Of a DNA stretch of 64,000 nucleotides, positions 15,176 to 27,755 are shown in pieces. The notes under the pieces are model-generated. The model searched no databases. It was not told the DNA's origin and saw nothing but the letters and a program-made list of their open reading frames with translations. The stretch's first letter is position 1, and each line of letters starts with the position of its first letter. The stretch comes from Hormiphora californensis (taxonomy: Eukaryota; Animalia; Ctenophora), in assembly GCA_020137815.1 (NCBI GenBank), contig CM035354.1:434001-498000 (forward strand), read 5' to 3'. The position numbers were made by a program, and so were the translations under genes.

Positions 15176-15999
15176 GACATGTATGTATTGTAGTTAGGGG
15201 GCGTAATGTTAGTTTTGGTTACTGTTGGTTGTGCTAAACACTAACCGTAACCCACCCCCCCTGTTTAGTGCTTTACTACAGCTGTAATGTGGTGGTACGG
15301 AGCATTTAATTCGGGTAAATTCCTGGAAAATCACATTTGGTAAAACTCGAATGGCTTAAATGCGTCTAGTAGTATATTTTTGCCTAGCTCGACCCCATTT
15401 CGCGAGGGAGGGTTAGAACATAACAAGTATATTTTGTATACATCCAGGTGTATTCCGTGGATGGGATGTGTGTGTGTTACTAGGTGCACCATGTCCCACG
15501 TGTGTGCATGTAATGAATTGGAGGGGGCTGTGAGGTTGCAATTATATTACATTTGCTACTGTAAGTAAGTATATATTCAGTTGCAGTTACAGTCAATCAA
15601 AGATCTCTCATTTAACTAACTGCATATGGTGGTCGGTACATTTTTGCGAGGTTCAGTTAGTACTTAGTTGGTCATAGCGTTAGTTGGTTAAAGCGTTTTG
15701 GCTCAATTCGAAAAATATTCTTTAGAATTGAAGTGGGCAACAATTTTATAACGTTTCTCCGCTTTTTATCCCTGCATGTAGTGGAGGTTGATACAGTACA
15801 TACACCCTACGTCACAGGAAATCCACATGTAATAGCCGTCACTCTGCCCAACTAATCGGTACTGGGCGAAATTATGATCTATATCGTAGGATGATTAGCA
15901 TACATCATGGCTCAGCTATAGCATTACAAAAGTCTATAGTTGCTTTATGCTGACCTAGTAGTACGTAATGTTCCAATTTAGGTGTTCGAAGGCCTTCAT

Positions 16000-16086
16000 T
16001 GTAGACTGTTTCTAGGGGAAGATAGACTGATGTAGACTGTTTCTAGGGGAAGATAGACTGATGTAGGCTGTTTCTAGCCAAGATAG
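16000..16086 (+). repeat. 31-bp tandem repeat, ~3 copies
   Basis: TGTAGACTGTTTCTAGGGGAAGATAGACTGA. Confidence 0.85.
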
Positions 16087-16614
16087 TTATAATGACAAGT
16101 TAAATAAAAACCATACAAGAGGACTTTCAACTCTCTGCCTGCAGCTCGTAACCCCCCGTCATGACAATGCTCAATTAGACTCACTTTGTGGGAGTAGGTA
16201 ACATGTATAATGCAGAACTAGGCACGCATGTTTAAACCCTTTGTTTGTATCCCAAATGTCGCGTCCTTGAGATTGTGCAGTAAAGGAGGTGGAAACTAGG
16301 AGGGAGACACGTCCAAAATAAACTCCGTGTTTTGACCTGTCTGAACTGTATAATGACCTCCCACATCCAGGACGTGTCTCTACACCCTCCTAGTGTTGCG
16401 TCCTTCCCCATTGTGGATCATTTCGTTACGCAACCGAGCTGCTACTTCGACACGCTTCCTTACGTCATCCCTAATTAGGATAATAGCTACAATAAACATA
16501 GATCTAGCTATTATAGCTAAAATGAATCCTCATAAATTTAGATATTAAACTTCAATAAAAAACAAGATTGTGGCTTGGCCCTCTCTACTTCTTTCTCATT
16601 CCCACAGTCTCACA

Positions 16615-16764
<150 letters not shown>

Positions 16765-17020
16765 CCATTACTATATATTTCTTGACCACTACCCTCCTCA
16801 AAGTTGTGAAGGCCATCAATTATGGCATAATTCAATAGACTGTTGGTTCAGTACGCACTACGCTCGTCTCGCCTCTCTTCATTTTCCCCTTACAATTGTG
16901 ACAATATTAATTTTCAAATTTGGGTTGAGATCCCCCAGTAGGATGAGGGTTAATGCATTACCTACGCCATAACCCCAGCGGGTCTGATGTGTTTTTAGCC
17001 TGTTTGAGCATGGTGTGATG

Positions 17021-17109
17021 CAGGAACCGACCGAATCAGGAAATACTGGTCCCTGATTGGCTGATAACCAGTCACGTGACCTAAATAACGAGTTCTGATT
17101 GGTTGTTTA
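17021..17109. mobile_element. Truncated copy of the 109-bp hAT-like MITE
   Basis: Matches the first 89 bp; right TIR missing; flanked by a 27-bp direct repeat. Confidence 0.85.
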
Positions 17110-18125
17110 GCCTGTTTGAGCCTGGTGTGATGTTTTAGGAATAGGTATACGGTGTTTTTACTTACTTGTTGTTGTTGTTGTTGAATCGTTCTAGCTCCTG
17201 CTAATAAAATTAAGAGTCAAAATAGTCAGCAGATCTAATATATATATATAATTGGGTCTCAGGAAATGGGATCGGAGGATTCTGATTCCCAGATTCCTAA
17301 GACGTCAAACAGACAAACAAATTCGAGAGGAGTCTGATTCCTAATTTCGTTCCACAGAATAACGGTGTCTATGATCAGAATTAGGAATGGTGTGTGTGTG
17401 ATGAAGGTTGAATGACTATCCTCGTGTGAAGGTAGTGTCTTATTTCACTCAGGGGGGAACACTGCAGGTTACATCAATGAACTCTCCTCCTCCCTCCAGC
17501 CTGTCTCTCTCTCTCCCAGAGTGTCAACCCACACACAGCTGTATATAGTTGTAGCTTCTTCATTCTGCTGAGTGCTGTCTGGCTCCTATCCAACTCTATC
17601 AGATCTGTCATCCACAACACCTGATAGATAGAACACCTGATATAGTGTGTCGACTAAAGTCCTGTTTTATAGAGCTCTAACTTCTATAACACTTCTTTAA
17701 CACCGGTGTTGGTCGAGTCGCTTGACACTGTATGAACAATTCAAGGTGTTGGTATCTTTGGTGGTTTCAGACATTTACCTCTAGTTTTCATTCAGTCTTG
17801 AAGATGCTAAGTACCACCCATTTTAGTTTGTTTTTTGTGCTTTTTTATAAGCACGTTGAAAGATTTTCTTTATAAAATCATCTTCCGGTTAATGACCTCT
17901 TTCTCTAGTTAGATTGACCCCTTTTGATTAAATATCTCTTTAAAATAAAAGTGGTGTGCCATTGTTTCATAGCACAACGGTGCGAACTTTAGTATTTTGA
18001 TCGACATTGTCTTGAATCTTGATCTTCAGTGTGGCTCCTTGTTCTTCAGTACTACTACTGCAGCTGTCTGGCTCCTAGCCTCCGCAGCGACCTACATACC
18101 CCCTCCTCCTCCGCAGCATACCACT

Positions 18126-18572
18126 GCAGCTTTTATGTTCTAACCCTAGCAGGCAGAACTGCAGCTGTTATGTTCTAACCCCAACAGGCAGAACTGCAGC
18201 TGTTATGTTCTAACCCCAACAGGCAGAACTGCAGCTGTTATGTTCTAACCCCAACAGGCAGAACTGCAGCTGTTATGTTCTAACCCCAGCAGGCAGAACT
18301 GCAGCTGTTATGTTCTAACCCCAACAGGCAGAACTGCAGCTGTTATGTTCTAACCCCAACAGGCAGAACTGCAGCTGTTATGTTCTAACCCCAACAGGCA
18401 GAACTGCAGCTGTTATGTTCTAACCCCAGCAGGCAGAACTGCAGCTGTTATGTTCTAACCCCAACAGGCAGAACTGCAGCTGTTATGTTCTAACCCCAAC
18501 AGGCAGAACTGCAGCTGTTATGTTCTAACCCCAGCAGGCAGAACTGCAGCTGTTATGTTCTAACCCTAGCAG
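18126..18572 (+). repeat. 35-bp tandem repeat, ~13 copies
   Basis: GCAGCTGTTATGTTCTAACCCCAACAGGCAGAACT. Confidence 0.97.
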
Positions 18573-18942
18573 GCCACTGCAGCAGCTCCTCAGCATACTG
18601 CAGCTGGTAAAAACTCTGAATGATGACGTCATCAAGCCAGCTTGCAGATCTCAACGTCTGGTGTGTCTACTTTAATGTAGTTTTAATGGGCATAATTCTC
18701 TGTATCAACCCTCTCTATCTCCGATATATCAGATCACATGTACCCAATACCGGCATCGTGATTGAGAATCGAGAAATGCATAATGGATAATGACTTTCAG
18801 GTGACGCTCTTGAACGCAAAGGATCTCCATTATCAGCGATCAAAAATTATCACGGGGTTTCCCGGCCCTGATCGGTCTAGATTGGTTTAGCTAGTCGAGA
18901 TATACCTGCTTTCTCTCTTTGTCTATATCGATGTGTAGCTCT

Positions 18943-19052
18943 TAGTAGGAGACACTAGCGTGGTACGCGCAAAAAAACGCGCGCCACATACCTATTATAA
19001 CAGGTGTGTGGCACACACTTTTTTGCGCGTACCACGCTAGTGTCTCCTACTA
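18943..19052. mobile_element. 110-bp palindromic MITE
   Basis: TAGTAGGAGACACTAGCGTGGTACGCGCAAAAAA and its reverse complement; TCT on both flanks. Confidence 0.8.
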
Positions 19053-19964
19053 TCTTTCCATCTGAAATCCTCAGGTAGAATGATGCTAGATTCGGCCGGT
19101 TGTGTCTCTGATCAAGGAGATACCATTTCTACAGTTCTAGTTGTACACATATGTATACATTGTATACATATACATATACATGTACACATGTACAGTCTCA
19201 CTCAGCCACCACTATAACAATTGTAACTAATGCTTGTGCTATACAATATTTGCACCCCTTCCAGCTCCCTATAATTAGCATATTGACAAAGCAGTTGTAG
19301 TTGTGGTCGAGGGGGGTGATCGCTTTGTGTTGCACAGATTGCGAGGGCTGGTATTTAGGTAGTCTACGCTTTGTTGTCAAATGTGGGACATTTGATTTGT
19401 TAGTAGTACTGTGACCTTTTTATCCTAGTTGGATTCCAATGTTAGTTTGTACTGATTAGTATAGTGTGAAGGTATAATATGTACCTCGAGAAGCTTGAGC
19501 ACGGCACCTGTGAAGGGCGAATGACTGGAGAACTTGTGTTCAATATAAGGAAAGCGAGGGTAGTCTACCGCTCTAAGAGGGATCCCTATATAATAAGTTC
19601 AGGCTAGGGGAAGTCTGAAAAAACCAGAAGTCTGTCTGATGCCGGGCGGTGAGGAGTGAATAGCAAAGAAAATTTCTACGCCATCGGCCATTTCAATACA
19701 AAATATAGTACCTACCTACGTCATTCACACAGCCCCACTAGGTTTTTAGCACCTGTCCTACCTATAATTCTTGTCCCTTTCTTCCCCCCGTCTCTCTCTC
19801 TGGGGCGAGCCCTCTATCATCATCATATTATATGGCTCAGCTGCAACGAATTATCTCAACTCGGCTTTTTGTTTTATCTCCATGGAGCACCCGGGTCCCC
19901 GTTGTTATTTTCCTTCTTTTACGGATGGCGGGGTTGGGCATACTAGCAGCTTCTTTTAGCACCT

Positions 19965-20059
19965 ATGTTCCGTGGCTTAATATTGAGGCGTGGTGACTGC
20001 AAGGGTCGAACACTCCGCCCTCCTAATGACCGGCGCCTCAATAATAAGCCACGAAACAT
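19965..20059. mobile_element. 95-bp element with 26-bp inverted ends
   Basis: ATGTTCCGTGGCTTAATATTGAGGCG ... CGCCTCAATAATAAGCCACGAAACAT (2 mismatches). Confidence 0.6.
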
Positions 20060-20930
20060 TGACCGCGGCCGGTTCTTTTGTTCCCGTTGGTGACATTCCT
20101 TCTTGATTCCTTCTTGAGCCGAATTAAATACTTGACCCCAACTTGTTTTCCACAGGATTTACCGTTCATATATTTTATATGAACTATAACTATATATCTA
20201 ACCGCACTTTGTTCTTCTTAGCGATAATTAGCCTGTAATTAAAATGACACTACTTTGTCATAAGCGGCGTTTATTGCATGGATATTTAGCTCATATTTAT
20301 ACTGTACAGTGTAATTACGGTTGTTACTCAGTGTTGCCTTTACATAAAACCGACTGTTGAATTGACTAGTTCGACTCTCTTTTTGCGAGCTCCGCCTGAG
20401 CATTTACAATTAATGTTAAGGACGGGTTAGAACGTATAACAACTGTTGAAGCTACTTTGCATTCAGTATAAATTGAATAGTGAGATATTTATCAAACTAA
20501 TCTTGATGCAGCTGGTACAGCAGGGAGCATGAAACGAACTACACAACCTAAAAAACACCCAAAATACGGAAAATCTGTGTCATTACCACTAATTGTTCGA
20601 AAGGTACACAATTTGGAAATTAGTCATTGGGTCATACACAATTTACAAATAAAAGGGAACCGATTCAAATAGTAACGCCCTTTTTTATTCGCTCTTGGGT
20701 AACCAGTTGAGCACTCTCGGTGGGGGGCTTCTTCTACGTGTGTCATGCAAAATTTACATTTTATTTACGAAATGGGGTGGGTTTAACTGTGGTGTGTCCC
20801 GTGTCATGTTTGTTTGTTTGATTGATTTAAAAAGTTTAGCAAACTCACCATTAGTTTTGCAATCCCAGCCAAAATTCCATACGATTAACCCCACTTTTCT
20901 TTTCAGGTAAGTTACACGGTCCGTTAATAA

Positions 20931-21030
20931 NNNNNNNNNNNNNNNNNNNNNNNNNNNNNNNNNNNNNNNNNNNNNNNNNNNNNNNNNNNNNNNNNNNNNN
21001 NNNNNNNNNNNNNNNNNNNNNNNNNNNNNN
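20931..21030. other. Assembly gap (100 N)
   Basis: Run of exactly 100 n; contiguity across it is not guaranteed. Confidence 0.99.
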
Positions 21031-23139
21031 TTTTCTCTCTCTCTTTTTTTTTTTTTTTTTTTTTTACTTTTTTATATCCCCTCCCTTTACCCCCCCCCCC
21101 CTTTTTTTCTTTCTATTTCTTTTTCCTTTTTTCTTCTCCCCTTCCTCTTCTTCCCTTTTTTTTTCCCACCCCCGTTCTTTCAATAATTAATTAAAACCCC
21201 CCTTTTTCTATTCCTATTTTTTTCCCCTTTTTTCCTTTTCCTTCCCTTCCTTTTTCTTCCTTATCTTTTTTTCCCTTTTATCCCTCCCCTTTCCCCCTTT
21301 TTCCTCTCTCCTTCTCTCCTTCTTTTCCCCCCTGTTAAACAGCGTACAAACTCGTCCAGACCTTCTTTTACTGTTCACATACACACACAGTCCCTTCTTC
21401 TCTTTGGTGACCACTCTCTCATTGCCTTTCTGTACATAGTGTTGCTTCAAAAAGTTGACTATTTAAGAAAAATTTTAAACCCCATATTTTATGGCGGTTT
21501 TTTTTTTGCAATAGAGGACATATCAGCTCTTTGCATGTGCCTTGTGTGTTTACCCCAATTTCCATTAGGGGCCATTTAAAATTTCAAAAAATCAGATAAT
21601 ACGCCGTATAACCGATTTGCCCATGGAAATTTTGTGACAGGGGCGGATCCAACAGGGGGGGGTTGGGGCAGCTCGCAGCAGGCCCCGCTGCCCCGAATGG
21701 GGTCCAGGGGCAAAGTTCCTGATGGGGGTCTAGAAGCCCCCGGAAAAACTTTAGTTTTTCAACCAATTATGAGCATTTTTAATCACCCAGCATTTTTAGT
21801 TTTAATAAGAATAACTTTCGTTGGGTGAAATAAAACCCCCTTAATTTTTCTTCTAATTTAACAAAACAATTTCTAAAGAAACGAGCCCCCAAATTTGAGA
21901 GTTTTTAACCTTATTTCCAGACACTTTTTGCCAATAAAGTGGGGGTGCTTTTGAAATGTTAATTATCAGCTTTTGTTTTGCCCCCTTTCCTACCATTTTC
22001 AATAAACGCCCCCCCACCCACGCACGATACGATTAAATGGGGTTTTATTTATATGAATGAATTTTTTTCCCCAAATTTGTCCTCTCTCCCCCCTCTCTCC
22101 CCCCCCCCTCTCCCCACGTTTTTACGGTTTTGGGATGTCCTTACACTCTCAAGTTTTATTTTAGGTTTTGTACGACACGTGTTTTGCAGTACACGTCACT
22201 ATCAGCTACATGTGTAAATCTTAATCCATGGGTATCATGTTGAGAAACTTCAGTCCGTGATTGAAAATTTAGGTTTTTAGTAGTATAGCTGTACGACTGA
22301 GAAATGATACTGATTCCACTATCAATATGGTGTAAACGCTGGCCTAATAAATCGAAAATGCTGGTCATTTTAGCCTCTATACTAAATTTCTAAGTTGATT
22401 TAAATGGCTTTTTAGCCGCAATCTAAAAGCATCTTTAAAACTGGAGTTTGACAAAGGATGTCACCTCCGACTGGAAACTCCAAATTATATATATCGTGTA
22501 CTGAGTTAGAGGGAAAGGAGAAATAGGGGGAAGTTATCCGTCCGGTAAGTCGAAGTTTGAGAGAAAAAAAGGGAGTCCCGGCCCTTATTTGGTCCTCTTA
22601 GAGCCCCCGACACAATCGCAGTCATGCCGGTCATGTATGCACATATCGTCAAAAATAGTTTTAGTAAGTCGGAGAGAGATATGATTCGATAGAGAGGTGT
22701 CATGAGAGAGGTAGACTGGGGGATTTATACAGAGAGAGAGATCAATATAGGCATGGCTTGATTAAGCGGTTGTCAGATTATATAACCACTTAACACATCA
22801 CAAGCACAATAACCAGTATTTAGTAAATCCCTTCCTTCCTCAGCTTGTAGTAGTTGTTGTTATTGTTACACATGTTGCAGCTCTATCTATCTCAAAATGG
22901 ACACCCCGATTTACCGGGAAACCATTGCATCCGAGAATCCTGGTAAATCGGAGTCCAAAGCTGTAATATTATGGTGTTGCATCACCATTTCGAGTTATCT
23001 TTATGTTTCCCTCGCCTTCCACGGATCCCTCTTTCTCTTTTTACCATTTGAACTATTGATCCTATTTAAATTCATTCGATATAAATCTCTCTCAAACTTG
23101 CACAACTTTCCAACCAAACCACCCACCACTCCTTTATAG

Positions 23140-23768
23140 CAGCGATCCTGTAATTTCTGATCGTGACCCAGATTTGGTTGGTATACCTCCATCAACCGTG
23201 TTCTGCTATGCCCACCACCCCGGCCAGTATTACTACATATCCAGCTACCGTCACTGGTTATCGGTAACTGTATCGGTAAACTATAATAGTTCGGATTCGT
23301 AAATCTCCTAGGCAGGGGAGTGATATTCCTCCTCGGATCTTCTCATCTCTTGCGTTGGACTGTCAAAAATAATATCAGAGCCTCATCACTACGAGGGACC
23401 CCCCGACATCTGTCTTCATATCGTTATTATATTGCTGGCCGTATTACGTTATCCGTACCATCATGGGAATCTGCACCTCTCACAAGATCTCAGTTTCCAT
23501 TACGCAGCTCCAGAAAAACAGTTTTATCAGGATAATGAAGAAGAAATCAATTGCTCCCTCCGCTCCTACAACAACGGAGGAGGATAATAACAGCTCACCG
23601 CTGGAGTATGTTTGGACACCCCGGCAACCCCATGGCCAGTGGACATTTCATCAGTGCCATAGCAACCATAATGCAGATAACCATGGCAACCATAATGCGG
23701 ATAACGGCGGTACACGAAATGGACATGCTAAAGTTAATCATGATACACCAAATAATGTATGGGCCTAG
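23140..23768 (+). other. Coding-like hydrophobic segments with frame breaks (possible membrane-protein exons or pseudogene)
   Basis: AG/GT-bounded blocks ~23141-23262 and from 23312. Peptides LISCVGLSKII..DICLHIVIILLAV and MGICTSHKISV.. lie in different frames. No family recognised. Confidence 0.22.
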
Positions 23769-23959
23769 CTGTCTAATTGGTATATTTTATTGCTGTCTAG
23801 CATGTCAGAGCATTGGCCTGGCAGTGTCTAGCGGTACTCTCTCGTTCTGTTTTGTCACGCAATAATCGTACTTTTCATATCGGTTTACTGTTGTCAGTTT
23901 TTTATGTTTCTCCTGTTCTTTTTATGTTATCTGTCGTTCAACTTGTCGAGTAATACTAA

Positions 23960-24027
23960 TAGTCGGACCCCGATTTACCGGGATGCTCGGGGGTAAGTGA
24001 TTTCCCCGGTAAATCGGGGTCGGACTG
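23960..24027. mobile_element. 68-bp copy of the same MITE family
   Basis: AGTCGGACCCCGATTTACCGGG ... CCCGGTAAATCGGGGTCGGACTG. Confidence 0.72.
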
Positions 24028-24221
24028 TCTTATTGTTCACCTGTTTTCTCTATTCATGTTTTATAAAGATGGAACTGTTCATCATTTTCATTTTACCGCA
24101 CCCCCCCCCCCCCTTGACTAATATCCTTTCTATTTTCAGGTAAGTTCAGTTGAGAACGAATACCGTGAGTAGGATAATATTGCTGTCCCCATTTTACCTG
24201 CCCTGCCACCCCCAACCAAAC

Positions 24222-24385
24222 CAACACCCCTAAAAACCAAACCATCACCCCTAGAAACCAAACCATCACCCCTAGAAAACCAACCATCAACCCTAGAAAC
24301 CAAACCAACACCCCTAGAAACCAAACCATAACCCCTAGAAACCAAACCATCACCCCTAGAAACCAAACCATCACCCCTAGAAACT
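24222..24385 (+). repeat. 21-bp tandem repeat, ~8 copies
   Basis: ACCATCACCCCTAGAAACCAA. Confidence 0.93.
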
Positions 24386-24412
24386 CATATTATAGTTTCC
24401 TCTCCATTGGTA

Positions 24413-25340
24413 TCTCTATTATAATTTGGAGATGTCGCGTGATGGTCGTTCGTTCAGTGCGTTTCTACGCGACAGTGCTCCTTCATAAAATACTTTATGT
24501 GGCCAAAGCTGTGAAGCTGATATTTACATTTTTGGAACTTCCAGTGGAAGTTTGTTGATATTTTCGAATGACTTTTACTATGCCAGTCTCCATAGTTACC
24601 AATTCAGTTGCCATAGCAACCGTGTTATTGACGTTGAAAGGGGTGAAAAGAACCACCCGGCGAAGCCGGGTGGGTTATCAAAAAGCCCTTACTTGAGGCG
24701 CACCCAATGGGTGCGCTAGTCTATATTATAATTTGGAGATGAACGACGTGGTGGTCGTTCGTTCAGCGGTATCTAAGCGACAAGCTGCTCCTTCATAAAA
24801 CACTTTATATGACCAAAGCTGTAAAGCTGTTACTCACAGTTTTGGAACTTCCAGCGGAAGTTTATTAATATTTTCGAATGCCTTTTAACATACCAGTCCC
24901 CATAGTTACCAATTCAGTTGCCATGGTAACCGTGTTATTGACCTTAAAAGTGGCGAAAAGAACCACTCGGCGAAGCCGGGTGGGTTATCAAAAAAACCCT
25001 TGCTTGAGGCGCACCCAATGGGTGCGCTAGTCTCTATTATAATTTGGAGATGAACGTCGAAGTGATGGTCGTTCGTTCAGTGCGTTTCTAAGCGACTGCT
25101 CCTTCATAAAACACTTTATGTGACCAAAGCTGTAAAGCTGTCATTCACACTTTTTGAACTTCCGGTGGAAGTTTGTTAACATTTTCGAATGACTTTTAAC
25201 ATGCCAGTCCCCATAGTTACCGATTCAGTTGCCATGGCAACCGTGTTATTGACGTTGAAAGGGGCGAAAAGAACCGCCCGGCAAAGCCGGGTGGGTTATC
25301 AAAAGGCCCTTACTTGAGGCGCACCCAATGGGTGCGCTAG
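24413..25340 (+). mobile_element. Three head-to-tail non-autonomous Helitrons (24413-24719, 24720-25030, 25031-25340)
   Basis: Each ~310-bp unit starts TC(T/A)..TATTATAA and ends with hairpin GCGCACCCA-A-TGGGTGCGC then TAG (CTAG end). The array lies between A24412 and T25341 with no TSD. Confidence 0.88.
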
Positions 25341-25606
25341 TCCTATAATACAGATGAGTTTGTGACAAAAAGTCTTGATCATATCTCCCACAATTATCAA
25401 TATAATGACACAATTACCAACATGACGCAGTATCAAGTTCACACAATTACGTGGCTGGCCGGATAATAAAAGAAGACACATCGCTATATTCGTGACCTTC
25501 TTCTTAGCGCTCTCGTGACACTAATAGCTCCCCGCATGGAGATAGGAGATATATATTGTATAGCACTTCTTGACGCCATTATATTCTTCTCTCTCTCCTC
25601 TCTCTC

Positions 25607-25651
<45 letters not shown>

Positions 25652-25688
25652 ATCTCTCTCTCACTCTCTCTCTCTCTCTCTCTCTCAC

Positions 25689-25761
<73 letters not shown>

Positions 25762-26762
25762 ATATCTTTCTGGATATCTTTCTCTCCTTCTCTGCGTCTC
25801 CATTGCTCCACTAACAGATCGCAATATATCATGATAATAGTGCAGTGCACTCTATCTGTTTCTAGGGATTCGTGAATTCTAAATTCGATACAAATTTGAA
25901 TAATAATGCATTTAATATAGGTATTAAAATTCACACGATTATCCCTTTCTTGCCAGCGCCGTGAAATGATGCTGTAGTATACTCCAATATAGGTATTCTG
26001 GGATTATAGTAGTCTCTCTTTCTCATATTTGTATCTCACCTGCAACTTGAAACTACAATGTATGAGCTGTACAGGAGCTACAAATTAAATGCTACTTTTG
26101 GATTTATATTGTGTGATTCTTGTTCATTTGTAGCTCCTATCCCATCATGTTAGTGAACTGTTTCCCTCTCTCCCTCTTTGCAATTTGTAGATAGGTCATT
26201 GTATTATATTTGTAGACTGCAGAGCGATTATCGTGCAATAAAGATGGAGAGGTGAAGATGCTCTCTCCATCTCTTATAGCTGTCTCTCTTTCTCTCCCGC
26301 TTAATCTGTGTTTCTCCAGGAGCTGTGTTCTATAAATGCACTTTATTAACCGTCTACCGTTGCTGCATAACTTCCATATGTGCAATAATGCCTGTGTCTA
26401 TCATGGGTATATTGCGTCCCTATAAAGGGCATTTTTGGTTTTTTTTGCCTGTGTTTCGCGCGCTCCGCCCTTCTTTACAAATGTAAAGGAGGGTTAGAAC
26501 ATACCAATTTTTAGTGACCTAATAGAGCCTATTAGAAGTAGAATTAGCTTGATAATGATTATACCCTACTTCGGCTTCGCATTGGATGGTTATGAAAATA
26601 TAAAAGGTTAGCGGGGAAACATAGCATTATAATGAAACATGATGCAGTTATTCTTTGTTGAGTAAGTTATTCTTGTTTGTACAGGCTCTCTTGAATTTCG
26701 ATTGCTCCAAAAACTGATCGAGAAACCAGAGACAATTTTCCAATGCCAATACTTGTGTCTGT

Positions 26763-26813
<51 letters not shown>

Positions 26814-27238
26814 CCACTACACGCACCACTCCCACATGGGGCCGTGAGGCCCCATGCGAGAGCAGGGTTAAATCCCCCGGACCCGGATCCTGTTGGATCT
26901 GAGGGCCCGGAGGGCCTGCGGAGTAAAGGTAGGGTAGGTAGAACAATGTACATACGGGTAAATTTAACAATGTACATATGGGTTAAGGAAAGGGGATGAT
27001 ATTAAAAAGGGGGAAGTAAAGTGGGATTAAAGCTCATGGTGACGGAGCACAAGACCTCCTAAACTATCTGCAAAGAAGCCCAACCTGCTACAATGAATTC
27101 TAAGAAGAGACAACTCATCAGGAACTGAAGAAGCAAACCGTCTGAATCTAAGGCAGCCTAAAACAAGCAGGAACGGGTTCGAGCGAACAAAAATAAATAA
27201 ATACAAATGGATGATGATTACACGTCGAGCCAGAGAGC

Positions 27239-27755
27239 CAGCTGACCCCGTTCCAGAGAAGACAGCTGACCCCGTTCCAGAGAAGACAGCCACCCCGTTC
27301 CAGAGAAGACAGCTGACCCCGTTCCAGAGAAGACAGCCACCCCGTTCCAGAGAAGACAGCTGACCCCGCTCCAGTAAGGACAGCTGACCCCGTTCCAGAG
27401 AAGACAGCTGACCCCGTTCCAGTAAGGACAGCTGACCCCGTTCCAGTAAAGACAGCTGACCCCGTTCCAGAGAGGACAGCCACCCCGTTCCAGAGAGGAC
27501 AGCTGACCCCGCTCCAGTAAGGACAGCTGACCCCGTTCCAGTAAAGACAGCTGACCCCGCTCCAGAGAAGACAGCCACCCCGTTCCAGAGAAGACAGCTG
27601 ACCCCGTTCCAGTAAGGACAGCTGACCCCGTTCCAGTAAAGACAGCTGACCCCGTTCCAGAGAGGACAGCCACCCCGTTCCAGAGAGGACAGCTGACCCC
27701 GTTCCAGTAAGGACAGCTGACCCCGTTCCAGTAAAGACAGCTGACCCCGCTCCAA
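27239..27755 (+). repeat. 23/24-bp minisatellite, ~21 copies, with higher-order pattern
   Basis: CAGCTGACCCCGTTCCAG(AGAAGA/TAAGGA/TAAAGA) with a 23-bp CAGCCACCCC variant recurring about every fourth unit in the 3' half. Confidence 0.95.

Larger units (their letters stand above)
24140..25600 (+). pseudogene. Candidate exons of an unidentified (membrane?) gene, interrupted by the Helitron array; possibly degenerate
   Basis: Micro-exon 24140-24164 (cag|..|gtgagt) joins 24381-24412 plus 25341-25463 in frame: VSSVENEYQTHIIVSSPLVSYNTDEFVTKSLDHISHNYQYNDTITNMTQYQVHTITWLAG*. Hydrophobic sequence continues in other frames. No homology recognised. Confidence 0.3.

Noticed and set aside
27100-27130. CTGATGA core on - (and CTGACGA at 41864) as hammerhead ribozyme
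   Set aside because: No stem II followed by GAAA and no matching stems I/III.
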